This document shows, piece after piece, positions 28,156 through 36,967 of a DNA stretch of 64,000 nt. How positions within the stretch are numbered: position 1 is the first letter of the stretch; each line of letters begins with the position of its first letter. Source of the stretch: Candidatus Woesebacteria bacterium GW2011_GWB1_39_12 (GTDB taxonomy: Bacteria; Patescibacteriota; Microgenomatia; UBA8517). Where the stretch lies: the NCBI GenBank assembly GCA_000993405.1, contig LBWB01000005.1, positions 3,698-67,697 on the forward strand, given 5' to 3'. The notes beneath the pieces are model-generated. The model did no database searches and was not told the origin of the DNA. It saw only the letters and a program-made list of their open reading frames with translations. A program made the position numbers and the translations under genes.

Positions 28156-28824
28156 TCACTTGGTCTTGAAAATTTCCTTTTTAAGACTCCTCGCCAGTTT
28201 TAAATAAAAGTTCTCCATATCTTTTCTTTCTAAAGGAACCAGAAGTTTAGGGATATCTTTATAGATAACTGCCTCGGTGAACGATTGTCCGAGTTGTATA
28301 GGATCAATTGGCCAGTCGAATTTTGCTCGAGCTAGGTCAATCAGTTTTCGCAAGGAATAATTTTCTTTCTTCATAATAAAATAGATATCTACGAAATCTC
28401 TTTCTCTTGGTTTAGTTGAAATGGTGTGGATTTTGTTTGCGGCGATGTCTTCTAAGCTATCAACCGCTAAGCCGTGCCATTTTTTACCTTTGTTAATCCT
28501 GGGAAATGGGTAGTAATTAAAATCGACTTTTAATTCATTTGTTAACAATTTCAGCGTATAGGAGTGCAGACCTAGATATCTTCGATGAGTTATTTTTTTG
28601 GCTTTTAGTTTTTTTCCGGCAATCCCGACAAATTTATTAATGCTTGGTAAATGAATCTCTTTTTCGCTGAATAAATCGATGTCTTGTGATTCGCGATGCT
28701 TGAGATAAATTTCTGAAAGAACAGTACCACCTGTCCAGTAGAAGTTTTTTAAAAGATATGGCTCTTTTAGGACAAGTGCCAAAAAGTTTTTTTGATGTTT
28801 TTTGAGGACGGTTTTTTCCTCCAT
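28156..28824 (-). CDS. AbiEii/AbiGii-family nucleotidyltransferase toxin
   Basis: FYWTGGTVLS..HRESQDIDLF..DIAANKI..RDFVDIY. Confidence 0.85.
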   Translation of the reverse strand: MEEKTVLKKHQKNFLALVLKEPYLLKNFYWTGGTVLSEIYLKHRESQDIDLFSEKEIHLPSINKFVGIAGKKLKAKKITHRRYLGLHSYTLKLLTNELKVDFNYYPFPRINKGKKWHGLAVDSLEDIAANKIHTISTKPRERDFVDIYFIMKKENYSLRKLIDLARAKFDWPIDPIQLGQSFTEAVIYKDIPKLLVPLERKDMENFYLKLARSLKKEIFKTK

Positions 28825-29018
28825 AACAGATACTCTAGGTATATTTTTGTATTTGGATCAATCCTCTCTTTTATTTTCGGCCAGGCGTGTTTTACTTCGC
28901 TCTCATCGAGTTTTTCTCCGTCTAAGCCGTAATTGATAAGCTGAGTTAACCTCCACAGACGGTATTCTTCGGGATTTTCATTTTTGAACTTTTTTTCGTC
29001 GATCGACCAGTTAATCAT
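28767..29018 (-). CDS. Small partner protein of the AbiEii gene (putative antitoxin)
   Basis: NWSID..WRLTQLINYG; overlaps the toxin start; TATAAT 6 nt upstream. Confidence 0.65.
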   Translation of the reverse strand: MINWSIDEKKFKNENPEEYRLWRLTQLINYGLDGEKLDESEVKHAWPKIKERIDPNTKIYLEYLLWRKKPSSKNIKKTFWHLS

Positions 29019-29085
29019 GTTGTAATTATATCATTTTCGGAGGATAAAATTGGAAGAAGCATTTCGTACTTAGAAATCTTTTCTG

Positions 29086-29112
29086 CCTTGCTCATTCCTG
29101 CATAGCGCGGGG
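29086..29112 (+). repeat. 27-bp direct repeat, copy 1 (copy 2 at 30477-30503)
   Basis: CCTTGCTCATT(C/G)CTGCATAGCGCGGGG, 26/27 identical; both intergenic, just before the 3' end of a minus-strand gene. Confidence 0.85.
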
Positions 29113-29128
29113 GGTGGTCATATTAGGA

Positions 29129-29488
29129 CTATTCGTATGACTGTTTTATCCAATCAATCAACCCTTTGTCAATATCTTTGGACTCCTTTATGTCTACAAA
29201 ATAAGCCCACCTTTGTTTTTGAAAATGCTTAACTTTATTAATTCGAGGGCTTTTAAATTGTTTTCTTGCAACAAATTCGACAATAATCTTTGATGTTTGA
29301 ATCCGCAATGCTGCAAAGACAAGGGTGTGTATCAAGCCAATGTAGGCTTTGCCGATTTTGTATTCAAAGTCGATCTCTTTGACCAATTTGGTAGTCAGGT
29401 CGTCAAATAAAGGCTTCATATTCACTCTCTCACCACGAAAGTGATAATCAAGCGGATAGGAAGATTGTTTGTTAATCTTAACAGTCAT
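29129..29488 (-). CDS. DUF5655-like protein
   Basis: LFDDL..YIGL..FAAL..DIDKGLIDWIKQSY; TGcTATACT 6 nt upstream. Confidence 0.7.
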   Translation of the reverse strand: MTVKINKQSSYPLDYHFRGERVNMKPLFDDLTTKLVKEIDFEYKIGKAYIGLIHTLVFAALRIQTSKIIVEFVARKQFKSPRINKVKHFQKQRWAYFVDIKESKDIDKGLIDWIKQSYE

Positions 29489-29609
29489 AATTGAAGTATA
29501 GCAAAGCCCTCACTTAATCGAGTCAAAGCATCTGGGTTATTTGGATGAGGTTGCCGAAGGCGCCGTCGGTTACCCGAAAGTAATTTAACATTTCCCTAGG
29601 CAGGTATAC

Positions 29610-30338
29610 TCAGAACTGATGTTTTTCAAGATAGCTTACACAGTCACCTTGATTTTTGAAAGCTGGATTATTGAACGTTTTCCAACTACTGTTTTTACAC
29701 TGAACTCTACCAATTGGTGGACCAACTATTGAGTCCGATGTAAGAGTAAAATCATCAAAACTCCCACCACCATTACCACTGTTAAGTCCAGATAGACCTA
29801 TTCGGTTTGAAGTAGTCGCTATGTGAGTTAAGATATATACATCGTTCAAATATATTGCTAATTCTCCAGAAAGACTGTTTGTCTCAACTCTCATTGTATA
29901 CCATATCGTCCGGGTAGAAATTGAAGTAAGTGGGTAATCATAGTAATCATAACGCTGTGCTGTTCCTTCGGACTCAATAACTCTAAGGATATTTGCATCG
30001 GGATAAATTAGAACATCTATCCAATTATTTTCATCGATATACCATACAGTAATTCCAGCGTAACCGTTATCATGAAATAGTATTTTTGTCTCAACGGACT
30101 GGTCAGATAGGGAATAATTGCCCACCAGAAATTTATAATGGTCACGACCATTGTCTTCAATTAAAACACCATCAGTAACTCGCCAGTTTCCTAAACTGCA
30201 CCAAGTGCATGGCTTGGCTGAAATCCATCCGATAGTATCTTCATCATTAAAGTTATCAAAAAACTTGCCAGCGTAAGCAGGAGTAACGGCTAATCCGAAT
30301 AAGATTACTAATACAATCACTAGGCATATTTTTTTCAT
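29610..30338 (-). CDS. Secreted concanavalin-A-like (DUF1080-like) protein with C-terminal CKxxxW..FKNQGDCVSY motif
   Basis: Signal peptide, FFDNF..W..GNWRV, WYTMRV, FDDF; TGgTATACT 6 nt upstream. Confidence 0.65.
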   Translation of the reverse strand: MKKICLVIVLVILFGLAVTPAYAGKFFDNFNDEDTIGWISAKPCTWCSLGNWRVTDGVLIEDNGRDHYKFLVGNYSLSDQSVETKILFHDNGYAGITVWYIDENNWIDVLIYPDANILRVIESEGTAQRYDYYDYPLTSISTRTIWYTMRVETNSLSGELAIYLNDVYILTHIATTSNRIGLSGLNSGNGGGSFDDFTLTSDSIVGPPIGRVQCKNSSWKTFNNPAFKNQGDCVSYLEKHQF

Positions 30339-30541
30339 ATCTAAAGTATACCAGTTTAGGTATGTACAAGCTTAAGAAACCAAAGTCTTCTTGAATGAGG
30401 CTAAAATGCTACAATTTCTCATCTCTTTTTCACCGCCTTACTCTGGTAAAAGTTTTCTATAGAAGAAGACCTTTTTCCTTGCTCATTGCTGCATAGCGCG
30501 GGGAGTAGTTTTCGGCGGGAGATACAGTTCTTTTTGACAAT

Positions 30542-31705
30542 TCAGACGAATGCTGGTTCAGGAGGAATCGTGGTAACAGTTGCGGGTACAGGACTGTCAA
30601 CTTCAGACCTGTACGCTTTTTTACTAATATTTTCAGAGGCTGATCTTTTTACCAGTTCTTTGACTATTATTCTAATTAACTTTTTAGCCTCAATTTCATT
30701 CACTTTTGACGAAGTGTTCCAATCAAGCCCCGGTCCTGTATTACCTTCCAGAAAATAGATGTTTTTATTATTGCTGATTATAAAATCTAAAGAATATAAA
30801 GAGCTGTCATTCCCCAAAACTTTTGTAATCTCTTTTGAAAGGTTTGTTATTCCTTGCGGAATTTCTCTTTTTGAAACATAAATTAGACAACCGCCTCTAT
30901 GTTCATTGCATCGAAAGCCCCCCCGTTTAGCAATTCTTATATAAGTTTGTATGATTTTCCCTCCCAAAAAAATAAGACGTATGTCTGTCGGAGAAAAAGA
31001 ATCGTGGTATCTGAACCCTTTATCAAATTTGATAAAAGGCTGAAGTATAAAAGTTTTGGAACTTTTTTTCACAATTCTTACAATACTCTTCAAATTATTT
31101 TTTTTGAATTTAAAAACACTCCTTCCGCCTGCGCCAAATCTGTCTTTCATTATAATTTCGTCGGAAAAGTCCTCGCGGTGGGGATGGTTGCTTTTTATCT
31201 GTTCGAGAGTTTTACAAGCGCTTTTGACACTTTTAAGAGTATTTTTTTTAATACTCACCGTTGGAATGGAGAATTGATGGAGTTTTTTATAAGTTTCGTA
31301 TTTGTCAAAAAAAAGATCGAAAAGATATGGAGAATTAAAGGGTTTAACTTTTTCGGAAGAAAACAAAAGATCTCGACTGTCTTTAATTCTCTTGTTCACA
31401 GGTGAAAATTTATCGAAAATTAATTTTGAGTAACCCGCCTTTTTTACCTTAATCCACTTACTTTTGTCAAAAAGCCAGTAACTTTTGCATTTGCCGGCAC
31501 CGATTACGCCGGCGGAAGTAGTAAAAGCTGCTTTTAAGCCATTCTTTTGGCAGATTTCTAAAAAAAATCCGTATACAATATTGTAACTTTCGCTATTCGA
31601 ACCCTTAGCAAAAGGAAGCACTACACCGTTTTTTAAAGTAGAGGCGCTGGTGGCAAGTTTTTCTGTGTATACAATTAGAATATCAAACAGTTCACTTTCC
31701 ATCAA
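30542..31705 (-). CDS. ATP-grasp ligase (RimK/YheCD-like)
   Basis: DKYETY, IMKDRFGAGGRSV, ILQPFI, DIRL, FRCNEHRGG, LDF..FLEGNTGPG. Confidence 0.8.
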   Translation of the reverse strand: MMESELFDILIVYTEKLATSASTLKNGVVLPFAKGSNSESYNIVYGFFLEICQKNGLKAAFTTSAGVIGAGKCKSYWLFDKSKWIKVKKAGYSKLIFDKFSPVNKRIKDSRDLLFSSEKVKPFNSPYLFDLFFDKYETYKKLHQFSIPTVSIKKNTLKSVKSACKTLEQIKSNHPHREDFSDEIIMKDRFGAGGRSVFKFKKNNLKSIVRIVKKSSKTFILQPFIKFDKGFRYHDSFSPTDIRLIFLGGKIIQTYIRIAKRGGFRCNEHRGGCLIYVSKREIPQGITNLSKEITKVLGNDSSLYSLDFIISNNKNIYFLEGNTGPGLDWNTSSKVNEIEAKKLIRIIVKELVKRSASENISKKAYRSEVDSPVPATVTTIPPEPAFV

Positions 31706-32892
31706 ACGAATGTTAACGCGTTTCCTTTTTTATTGGCTCTTCCTGTTCTTCCGATACGGTGAATGTAGTCCTCATAGGTTTCGGGAAGATCGTAGTTAAT
31801 AACGTGAGTGACATCTTTGATATCAAGTCCGCGTGATGCAATGTCTGTAGCAAGGAGTACTTGTACCTTATTGTTTTTGAAAAGCTCCAGCGCCTTCCGT
31901 CTTTGGCCTTGGGATTTATTGCCATGGATAGTTGCAACTGTTACTCTTCGCTCAACTAAAGCGCTTGCAACCCTGTCTATTCCTCGTTTTGTTCTGCCAA
32001 ATACCAGGACTTTTTCAAATTCCCTATTAGTCAAGAGTTCGTCAAGCACGTCAATTTTATCCCGACCGTTTAACTTCACAATATCCTGGTTTACGCTTGC
32101 GGGAGTGGGTTGGGATTTAAGAGAAATAACCAAAGGATCACGGGCAAAATCGCTCATAATTTTTTGTACCTTTTCCGGTAATGTGGCGGAGAAAAAGAGA
32201 GAATGCCGCTCTCGAGAAAGTTTTGAGACAATATATCTAACGTCCACGATGAAGCCCATATCAAGCATCCGGTCTACTTCATCTAGGACAATACTTCTGA
32301 ACGAGTTGAAATCCAGCTGTCTTCGGCTTTCTAAGTCCTTTAATCTTCCGGGGGTTCCCACTACAAAATGAGGACTTCTTCTTAGTTTGTGAATTTGACT
32401 ACCGATACCGACTCCGCCGATACAAATAACTGACTCTATATGAGTTCCTCTTGCCAGATCTGTTAATTCCTGTTCGACTTGGATAGCCAATTCTCGTGTT
32501 GGAGTGACAATAAGAACCTTTTCGCGATCATTTTTTAATATCTTGTCGATGAGCGGGATTAAGAATGTTGCTGTTTTGCCGGTACCCGTATTTGCAATAC
32601 CTACAACATCCTTTCCGTCAAGGATAGGGAGGATGGCCGCGTCTTGTATGGGGGTAAGAACTTTATAGCCTTTGAGAGAGATATTTTGTTTCAGAATGGA
32701 GTGAATTTGAAAATCCGAAAAAGAATGGGTTGGAGTAAATTCTTCAATGGAAAATTCTGCGGCATCGTGAATGAACATGGCCGGGTTGTAAGAAGGAGTA
32801 CTTCTTCCTCCACGAGGGAAATGTCCATTTCCACGATTGCCAAATGAATTACCCCGTCTATTAAAAAGTCTGCGATGATTTTGTCTAAACAT
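31702..32892 (-). CDS. DEAD-box RNA helicase
   Basis: TPIQ, ANTGTGKT, PTRELA, DEVD, SAT, HRIGRTGR. Confidence 0.95.
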   Translation of the reverse strand: MFRQNHRRLFNRRGNSFGNRGNGHFPRGGRSTPSYNPAMFIHDAAEFSIEEFTPTHSFSDFQIHSILKQNISLKGYKVLTPIQDAAILPILDGKDVVGIANTGTGKTATFLIPLIDKILKNDREKVLIVTPTRELAIQVEQELTDLARGTHIESVICIGGVGIGSQIHKLRRSPHFVVGTPGRLKDLESRRQLDFNSFRSIVLDEVDRMLDMGFIVDVRYIVSKLSRERHSLFFSATLPEKVQKIMSDFARDPLVISLKSQPTPASVNQDIVKLNGRDKIDVLDELLTNREFEKVLVFGRTKRGIDRVASALVERRVTVATIHGNKSQGQRRKALELFKNNKVQVLLATDIASRGLDIKDVTHVINYDLPETYEDYIHRIGRTGRANKKGNALTFV

Positions 32893-33315
32893 GTGTGTTT
32901 AAAATCGATCAAAACAATAAAACTGCTCAACTAGTTACGTATTATTGAAGAAGATGAAAAGATACAGGAAGAAAAATAAAATAATTGGGGTACCTTTACC
33001 TATCTAAATTCAAAATATGTTAAAAATTAAGCAGATCTATTGCTTCGATCTGCTCTCACAAAGTGTACTATATCACAAATATCCTAAAAGTCCAGCAAAG
33101 ACCATTACTCGACAACAACTTGATCAGTTACGCCTTTTTCCCCAACTATGAATTTTCTCTTGATGGCCTTAGAAATAACAACTTTCCGGTGTTAACAAAA
33201 GACACGTTCAATATTGATTGATAGATTCTCAAATATAAGCATAAATCCCCTTGCGCCCTGACTCTGAGGTTCTTAGACTAAAACTTTAGCCCTGACATAA
33301 ACAACTTTGTCAACT

Positions 33316-33570
33316 TCATCTTTGTAAGGGCGGCTGGCCTCCGCCAGCTGGTGGATTTTGTTGTTGTCCTTGGGGAGGTTGCTGCCCTCCAGTTGGAGGA
33401 GGGGAACCCTGGGGTTGTCCACCCTGTTGCCCTGGTTGTTGAACTCCCCCTTGAGGGGTTCCTTGGTTTTTGGGAACAATATTTCTTCCAAGATAGAAAC
33501 CGACTACTCCAGCAACTAAAAGTCCAATCATCACCCAAGTTAAAATTAAAGCCTTGCCGGCCGTCGACAT
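33316..33570 (-). CDS. Small TM protein with Gln/Pro/Gly-rich tail
   Basis: GAGGTG SD before MSTAGKALIL; one TM; low-complexity tail. Confidence 0.6.
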   Translation of the reverse strand: MSTAGKALILTWVMIGLLVAGVVGFYLGRNIVPKNQGTPQGGVQQPGQQGGQPQGSPPPTGGQQPPQGQQQNPPAGGGQPPLQR

Positions 33571-33646
33571 TTTTGTCACCTCTTTTAAAGCTAACAGGAA
33601 AAGAAAACAAAGTCAAAAAATATGTTAGATATTCCCCAGACTTTTT

Positions 33647-33700
33647 TGGCCCCCCCTGATTGACATGTTCCCTTCGGTTTAACTCAGGGTAAACAGGAAC
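33647..33700 (+). other. att-like relic interrupted by a 24-bp REP-like insert
   Basis: TGG CCC CCC CTG ATT GAC ATG TTC [33671-33694] AGG AAC reads W-P-P-L-I-D-M-F-R-N once the insert is removed. Confidence 0.6.
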
Positions 33701-33730
33701 AAGAAAATTTAGACCCTTAGCGAGCCACGG

Positions 33731-33982
33731 TCAACGATGAAGGCAACCGGCCCAACAACAAGGTCGGCGCTTCCCGTCTATAAGCTCCTCACGTACTCGT
33801 TCGACATGATTTCTTCTCGTCTCTAGTTTCTTGACGGAAGTGGTCCAGCAAATCCATTCATTACGTGCCAGCGGAGTAAGACCATTCCAAGCCGCCAATA
33901 CAGCTGGACTAGAAGTAAGTACCTTTCGCAAGTCAATCGGAACTTTATGTACTACACCAGTGGCGATTTCATTTTTAGCCAT
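33731..33982 (-). CDS. YdeI/OmpD-associated family protein
   Basis: VPIDLRKVL..WNGLTPLARNEWICW..ETR..RRPCCWAGC. Confidence 0.85.
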   Translation of the reverse strand: MAKNEIATGVVHKVPIDLRKVLTSSPAVLAAWNGLTPLARNEWICWTTSVKKLETRRNHVERVREELIDGKRRPCCWAGCLHR

Positions 33983-34019
33983 GTTGCTTATTTTACCATT
34001 CTTTTTTCTTCTTTGGTTT

Positions 34020-34052
34020 TGGCTCCACCCGGCAGAAAATACGAGAACCTAC
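34020..34052 (+). other. att-like relic (best match to the recombinase/tRNA-Asn junction)
   Basis: TGGCTCC..GAACCTAC shared with 47690-47717; GAACCTAC lies 5 bp further out here. Confidence 0.7.
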
Positions 34053-34072
34053 TATGCTAGTATATAGAATAC

Positions 34073-34285
34073 ATGAAGCTAACCAATGACAGATACACAA
34101 TTTTCTTAGGCACTAAGAATTTCACTGAACGTTATTATAAAGATAAAAACGGGTGGCTGAAGGTATCCGCACGAGGTAAAGAATTTCGGATGACAGCAGA
34201 ACAAGTTCTAAATCATCTTTTACCAGCACTTTCTGGCATTAAATCAAACCTTAAAATCAAAGTAGAATATAATAAAGAGCCTTAG
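34073..34285 (+). CDS. Small hypothetical protein
   Basis: 70-aa ORF between att-like relics at 34020 and 34311. Confidence 0.6.
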   Translation: MKLTNDRYTIFLGTKNFTERYYKDKNGWLKVSARGKEFRMTAEQVLNHLLPALSGIKSNLKIKVEYNKEP

Positions 34286-34428
34286 GTATAAATATATTCA
34301 GCTCGCCAAGTGGGACGACCTGTGGTGAGCAATGCCGTACCATTTCAGACAAGCAGAATGGTTTGAAATTGTCGACACTCCTGATCTTATTCAAACCCCG
34401 ATTCATTCGAAGGAGTGAACAAACTTGT

Positions 34429-35052
34429 TTATTCTACAGATTTGGAAATTTTTGTGAGACCGTAGTTGACGGCCTGCTCAAGTTTATCTGGCGACATACT
34501 GCAGCTTTTCGAATCCGTATCGTTAATAAAGTCCTCCCATTTGCTAATCCACTCGCCATCGCCAAGAGCGTTAAGTTCCTGGATGATATTTGTCTTATCT
34601 GTTGCACTAAAACAGTTCGGAGGCTGTTTTCCAAAGGTTGACATCATCATGGATGCGGTACGTGCGATATTGGGAATATCGTCGGTAGCTACCTGCAGTT
34701 TGCTAAGTGTGTCTTTTGTTGATGCAAGTTCTTCTTCGCCAGTTTTCAATTTAAGATTGAGGATTTCGACTTCTTTTGCAAGGTCTGTGCTTTTGTAGAA
34801 AATCAAGTCTTTTTCGAGTTGCACACTTTTTTCTTTTGACTGAGCCAGGTTATTTATTGTGGTTGTTAAATCAGATGAGAGAGACTGGTTTTTCATAAAG
34901 AGAAAGCCTGTTCCAACCACTCCTACTATTGCAATTACTCCTGTTAAAACAAGAACGATGCGGGTTTTTGAAGGGGAAGGGATTGATACATTCTTTTGAG
35001 CCTGAGTTACGGTTTGAGACTGATTGGCGGGGACAGTTTCCATTAATTTCAT
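34429..35052 (-). CDS. Hypothetical single-TM coiled-coil protein
   Basis: TM near aa 32-52 followed by a heptad-rich region. Confidence 0.65.
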   Translation of the reverse strand: MKLMETVPANQSQTVTQAQKNVSIPSPSKTRIVLVLTGVIAIVGVVGTGFLFMKNQSLSSDLTTTINNLAQSKEKSVQLEKDLIFYKSTDLAKEVEILNLKLKTGEEELASTKDTLSKLQVATDDIPNIARTASMMMSTFGKQPPNCFSATDKTNIIQELNALGDGEWISKWEDFINDTDSKSCSMSPDKLEQAVNYGLTKISKSVE

Positions 35053-35176
35053 TTTTACACAAAAGCCAAGAAAGAATCAAGGAGTGGAGGATATTTATCT
35101 CCATTTCGAGGGTTATATTAAGTATCAACTGGTTTACACTGAGCCCTTCTACTTCGATCAGGATAAACTTGCCGAA

Positions 35177-35206
35177 GTGCTCCACTTTTTGGATACTATC
35201 CGAATG
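35177..35206 (+). other. att-like relic preceded by a nested REP-like element (35137-35179)
   Basis: GTG CTC CAC TTT TTG GAT ACT ATC CGA ATG (V-L-H-F-L-D-T-I-R-M). Confidence 0.55.
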
Positions 35207-35222
35207 CTTAACTACTTGGATA

Positions 35223-35585
35223 TTATCCCGCCCTCGTACCATTGGGAACCATTTTCTCAGGAATCGCTAGAACAGGAGTGATTTTGTCAGCATATCCAAT
35301 ATCAAATAACATTCCTTCTGATAGCTCGCCCATCATTTCCTTAGGCTCAAGGTTTACCACGAATAAGGCCTGTTTTCCTTCTATCTCCTGAGGGTTTGCC
35401 CGTTCGTTTTTGAGTCCAACAAGAATCTTACGTTTATGATCTCCAAAATTAACAATAAGTCTTACTAGTTTGTCTGAATTTTCGATATCTTCAACTGCCT
35501 CTATTGTTCCGACTCGGATATCCAACTTTTCTAGATCCTCGAATTTAATGAGTGGTTTTATTGGTGCAACTTTTATAAGTGACAT
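35223..35585 (-). CDS. tRNA-binding OB-fold protein (CsaA/Trbp111-like)
   Basis: LDIRVGTI..SDKL..FVVNLEPK..SEGML..PNGTR. Confidence 0.88.
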   Translation of the reverse strand: MSLIKVAPIKPLIKFEDLEKLDIRVGTIEAVEDIENSDKLVRLIVNFGDHKRKILVGLKNERANPQEIEGKQALFVVNLEPKEMMGELSEGMLFDIGYADKITPVLAIPEKMVPNGTRAG

Positions 35586-35602
35586 AATTTTTGTGATATG
35601 TT

Positions 35603-35923
35603 TTAGGACGAGAGAATGATAAAAGGTTTATGACGATTTTTGGGATTAAATCTCCTATATATTACTGAAGAGTTTTGCGCATCTACGGTAATAAGATAGC
35701 CATCCTTATTAACATGTGGATACGTACGTCCTGATTTATGTCCGCTATCAAATCGTTCCGCTACCAATGTTGCATAATTTAGACTTTTAGTTCCGCGTCC
35801 TGAGATAAAGTTAGGGAATTGAATGTTCAGAAAGAGATTAGAGAAAGAAAAAGTTCCATTTTTTATATTCTTGAATGAGCTCATACCCAATTCAGAAAGT
35901 GTTTTAGTTTTTCTCCTCTTCAT
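35603..35923 (-). CDS. Hypothetical protein
   Basis: 106-aa ORF, co-oriented and adjacent to the tRNA-binding gene. Confidence 0.45.
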   Translation of the reverse strand: MKRRKTKTLSELGMSSFKNIKNGTFSFSNLFLNIQFPNFISGRGTKSLNYATLVAERFDSGHKSGRTYPHVNKDGYLITVDAQNSSVIYRRFNPKNRHKPFIILSS

Positions 35924-35957
35924 ATAATGTTAAATATTGGTTCGGATAAAATCAACT

Positions 35958-35987
35958 TGGCTCGAGAAATGGTCACAATTTCGGACA
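35958..35987 (+). other. att-like relic; candidate left junction of the most recent insertion
   Basis: TGG CTC GAG AAA TGG TCA CAA TTT CGG ACA, continuing as start-less open frame WLEKWSQFRTTDWVNYLEYPEYATKEVNRFLNLS*. Confidence 0.6.
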
Positions 35988-36047
35988 ACTGACTGGGTAA
36001 ATTACCTTGAATACCCAGAATACGCAACTAAGGAAGTTAATCGATTC

Positions 36048-36947
36048 CTAAACCTTAGTTAAGATATTTTGAGGCTTACCTGCTACAAAAGCTTCGATAT
36101 TCTGCACCGCTATTTCGGCACCATTTACAAGCGCTTGTTTAGACGACCAGGCAATGTGAGGAGTTACTAGCACCTTTGGATTACTCAGGGCTTTCTGATA
36201 GAACTCGTTAGTTGTATCGCCAAACTTTTCTGGATCGCAGTCTATTGCAGCGCCTCCCACAATTCCGTTATCAATCGATTTGAGCAACCCATCCAGGTCA
36301 TAAGTGTATCGTCTGACAAAGGACACAAAGTAAGCACTCTTTTTAAGCGACATAAAGAACTTTTCATCAAGTAAGTTTTTACTTGTAGAGTTGCAATTGA
36401 GGGCGTTAATCACTAAGTCAGCATCGGCGGCTTTGGCAATTAAATCGTCACCTCGTTCAAAGAAGCTGACTTTCATACCCAAAGCCTCACAAGGAATAGC
36501 AATCTTAGAGCCTATGCTTCCTTTGCCGACAATAAGCACTTTCTTTTCATTCAAGCTCTCATGAACTTCGACAGAGATGGTTTTGTCAGCCCTTACTAAG
36601 GGAATAAACTTACGAAACAAGGCAAGGGTCATGAACATCACCCACTCGATAATTGATGGTCTATTGCCACCTTGTGAATTAGCAACTACTACGCCTTTCT
36701 TTTTTAGCTCTTTAGAGTTGAATACACCAAGTTCGACATAGGGATAAGTCACAAAAATATCTTTTAATTTGGGTAAGCTATCGAGCAGGAACGCACCGTC
36801 ACTATAAAGAACATCAGCCCCATAAGTTTGCTTAACTAAGTCATCAGAACTTGACGGACTGGAAAGATAATTAACCTCACCTAGCGCTTCAAGCCGTGCC
36901 TTTTGTTTGTCTGTTGGATTGGCTCCTAATACTACAATTTTTGTCAT
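36048..36947 (-). CDS. D-isomer-specific 2-hydroxyacid dehydrogenase family protein
   Basis: VGKGSIG Rossmann motif, GAAIDC, VLVTPHIAW. Confidence 0.88.
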   Translation of the reverse strand: MTKIVVLGANPTDKQKARLEALGEVNYLSSPSSSDDLVKQTYGADVLYSDGAFLLDSLPKLKDIFVTYPYVELGVFNSKELKKKGVVVANSQGGNRPSIIEWVMFMTLALFRKFIPLVRADKTISVEVHESLNEKKVLIVGKGSIGSKIAIPCEALGMKVSFFERGDDLIAKAADADLVINALNCNSTSKNLLDEKFFMSLKKSAYFVSFVRRYTYDLDGLLKSIDNGIVGGAAIDCDPEKFGDTTNEFYQKALSNPKVLVTPHIAWSSKQALVNGAEIAVQNIEAFVAGKPQNILTKV

Positions 36948-36967
36948 ATAGATTTATATTACACCAA

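Noticed and set aside
35024-35281. 85-aa plus-strand ORF as a real gene
   Set aside because: Overlaps two minus-strand genes and is composed of a REP-like insert plus an att-like relic
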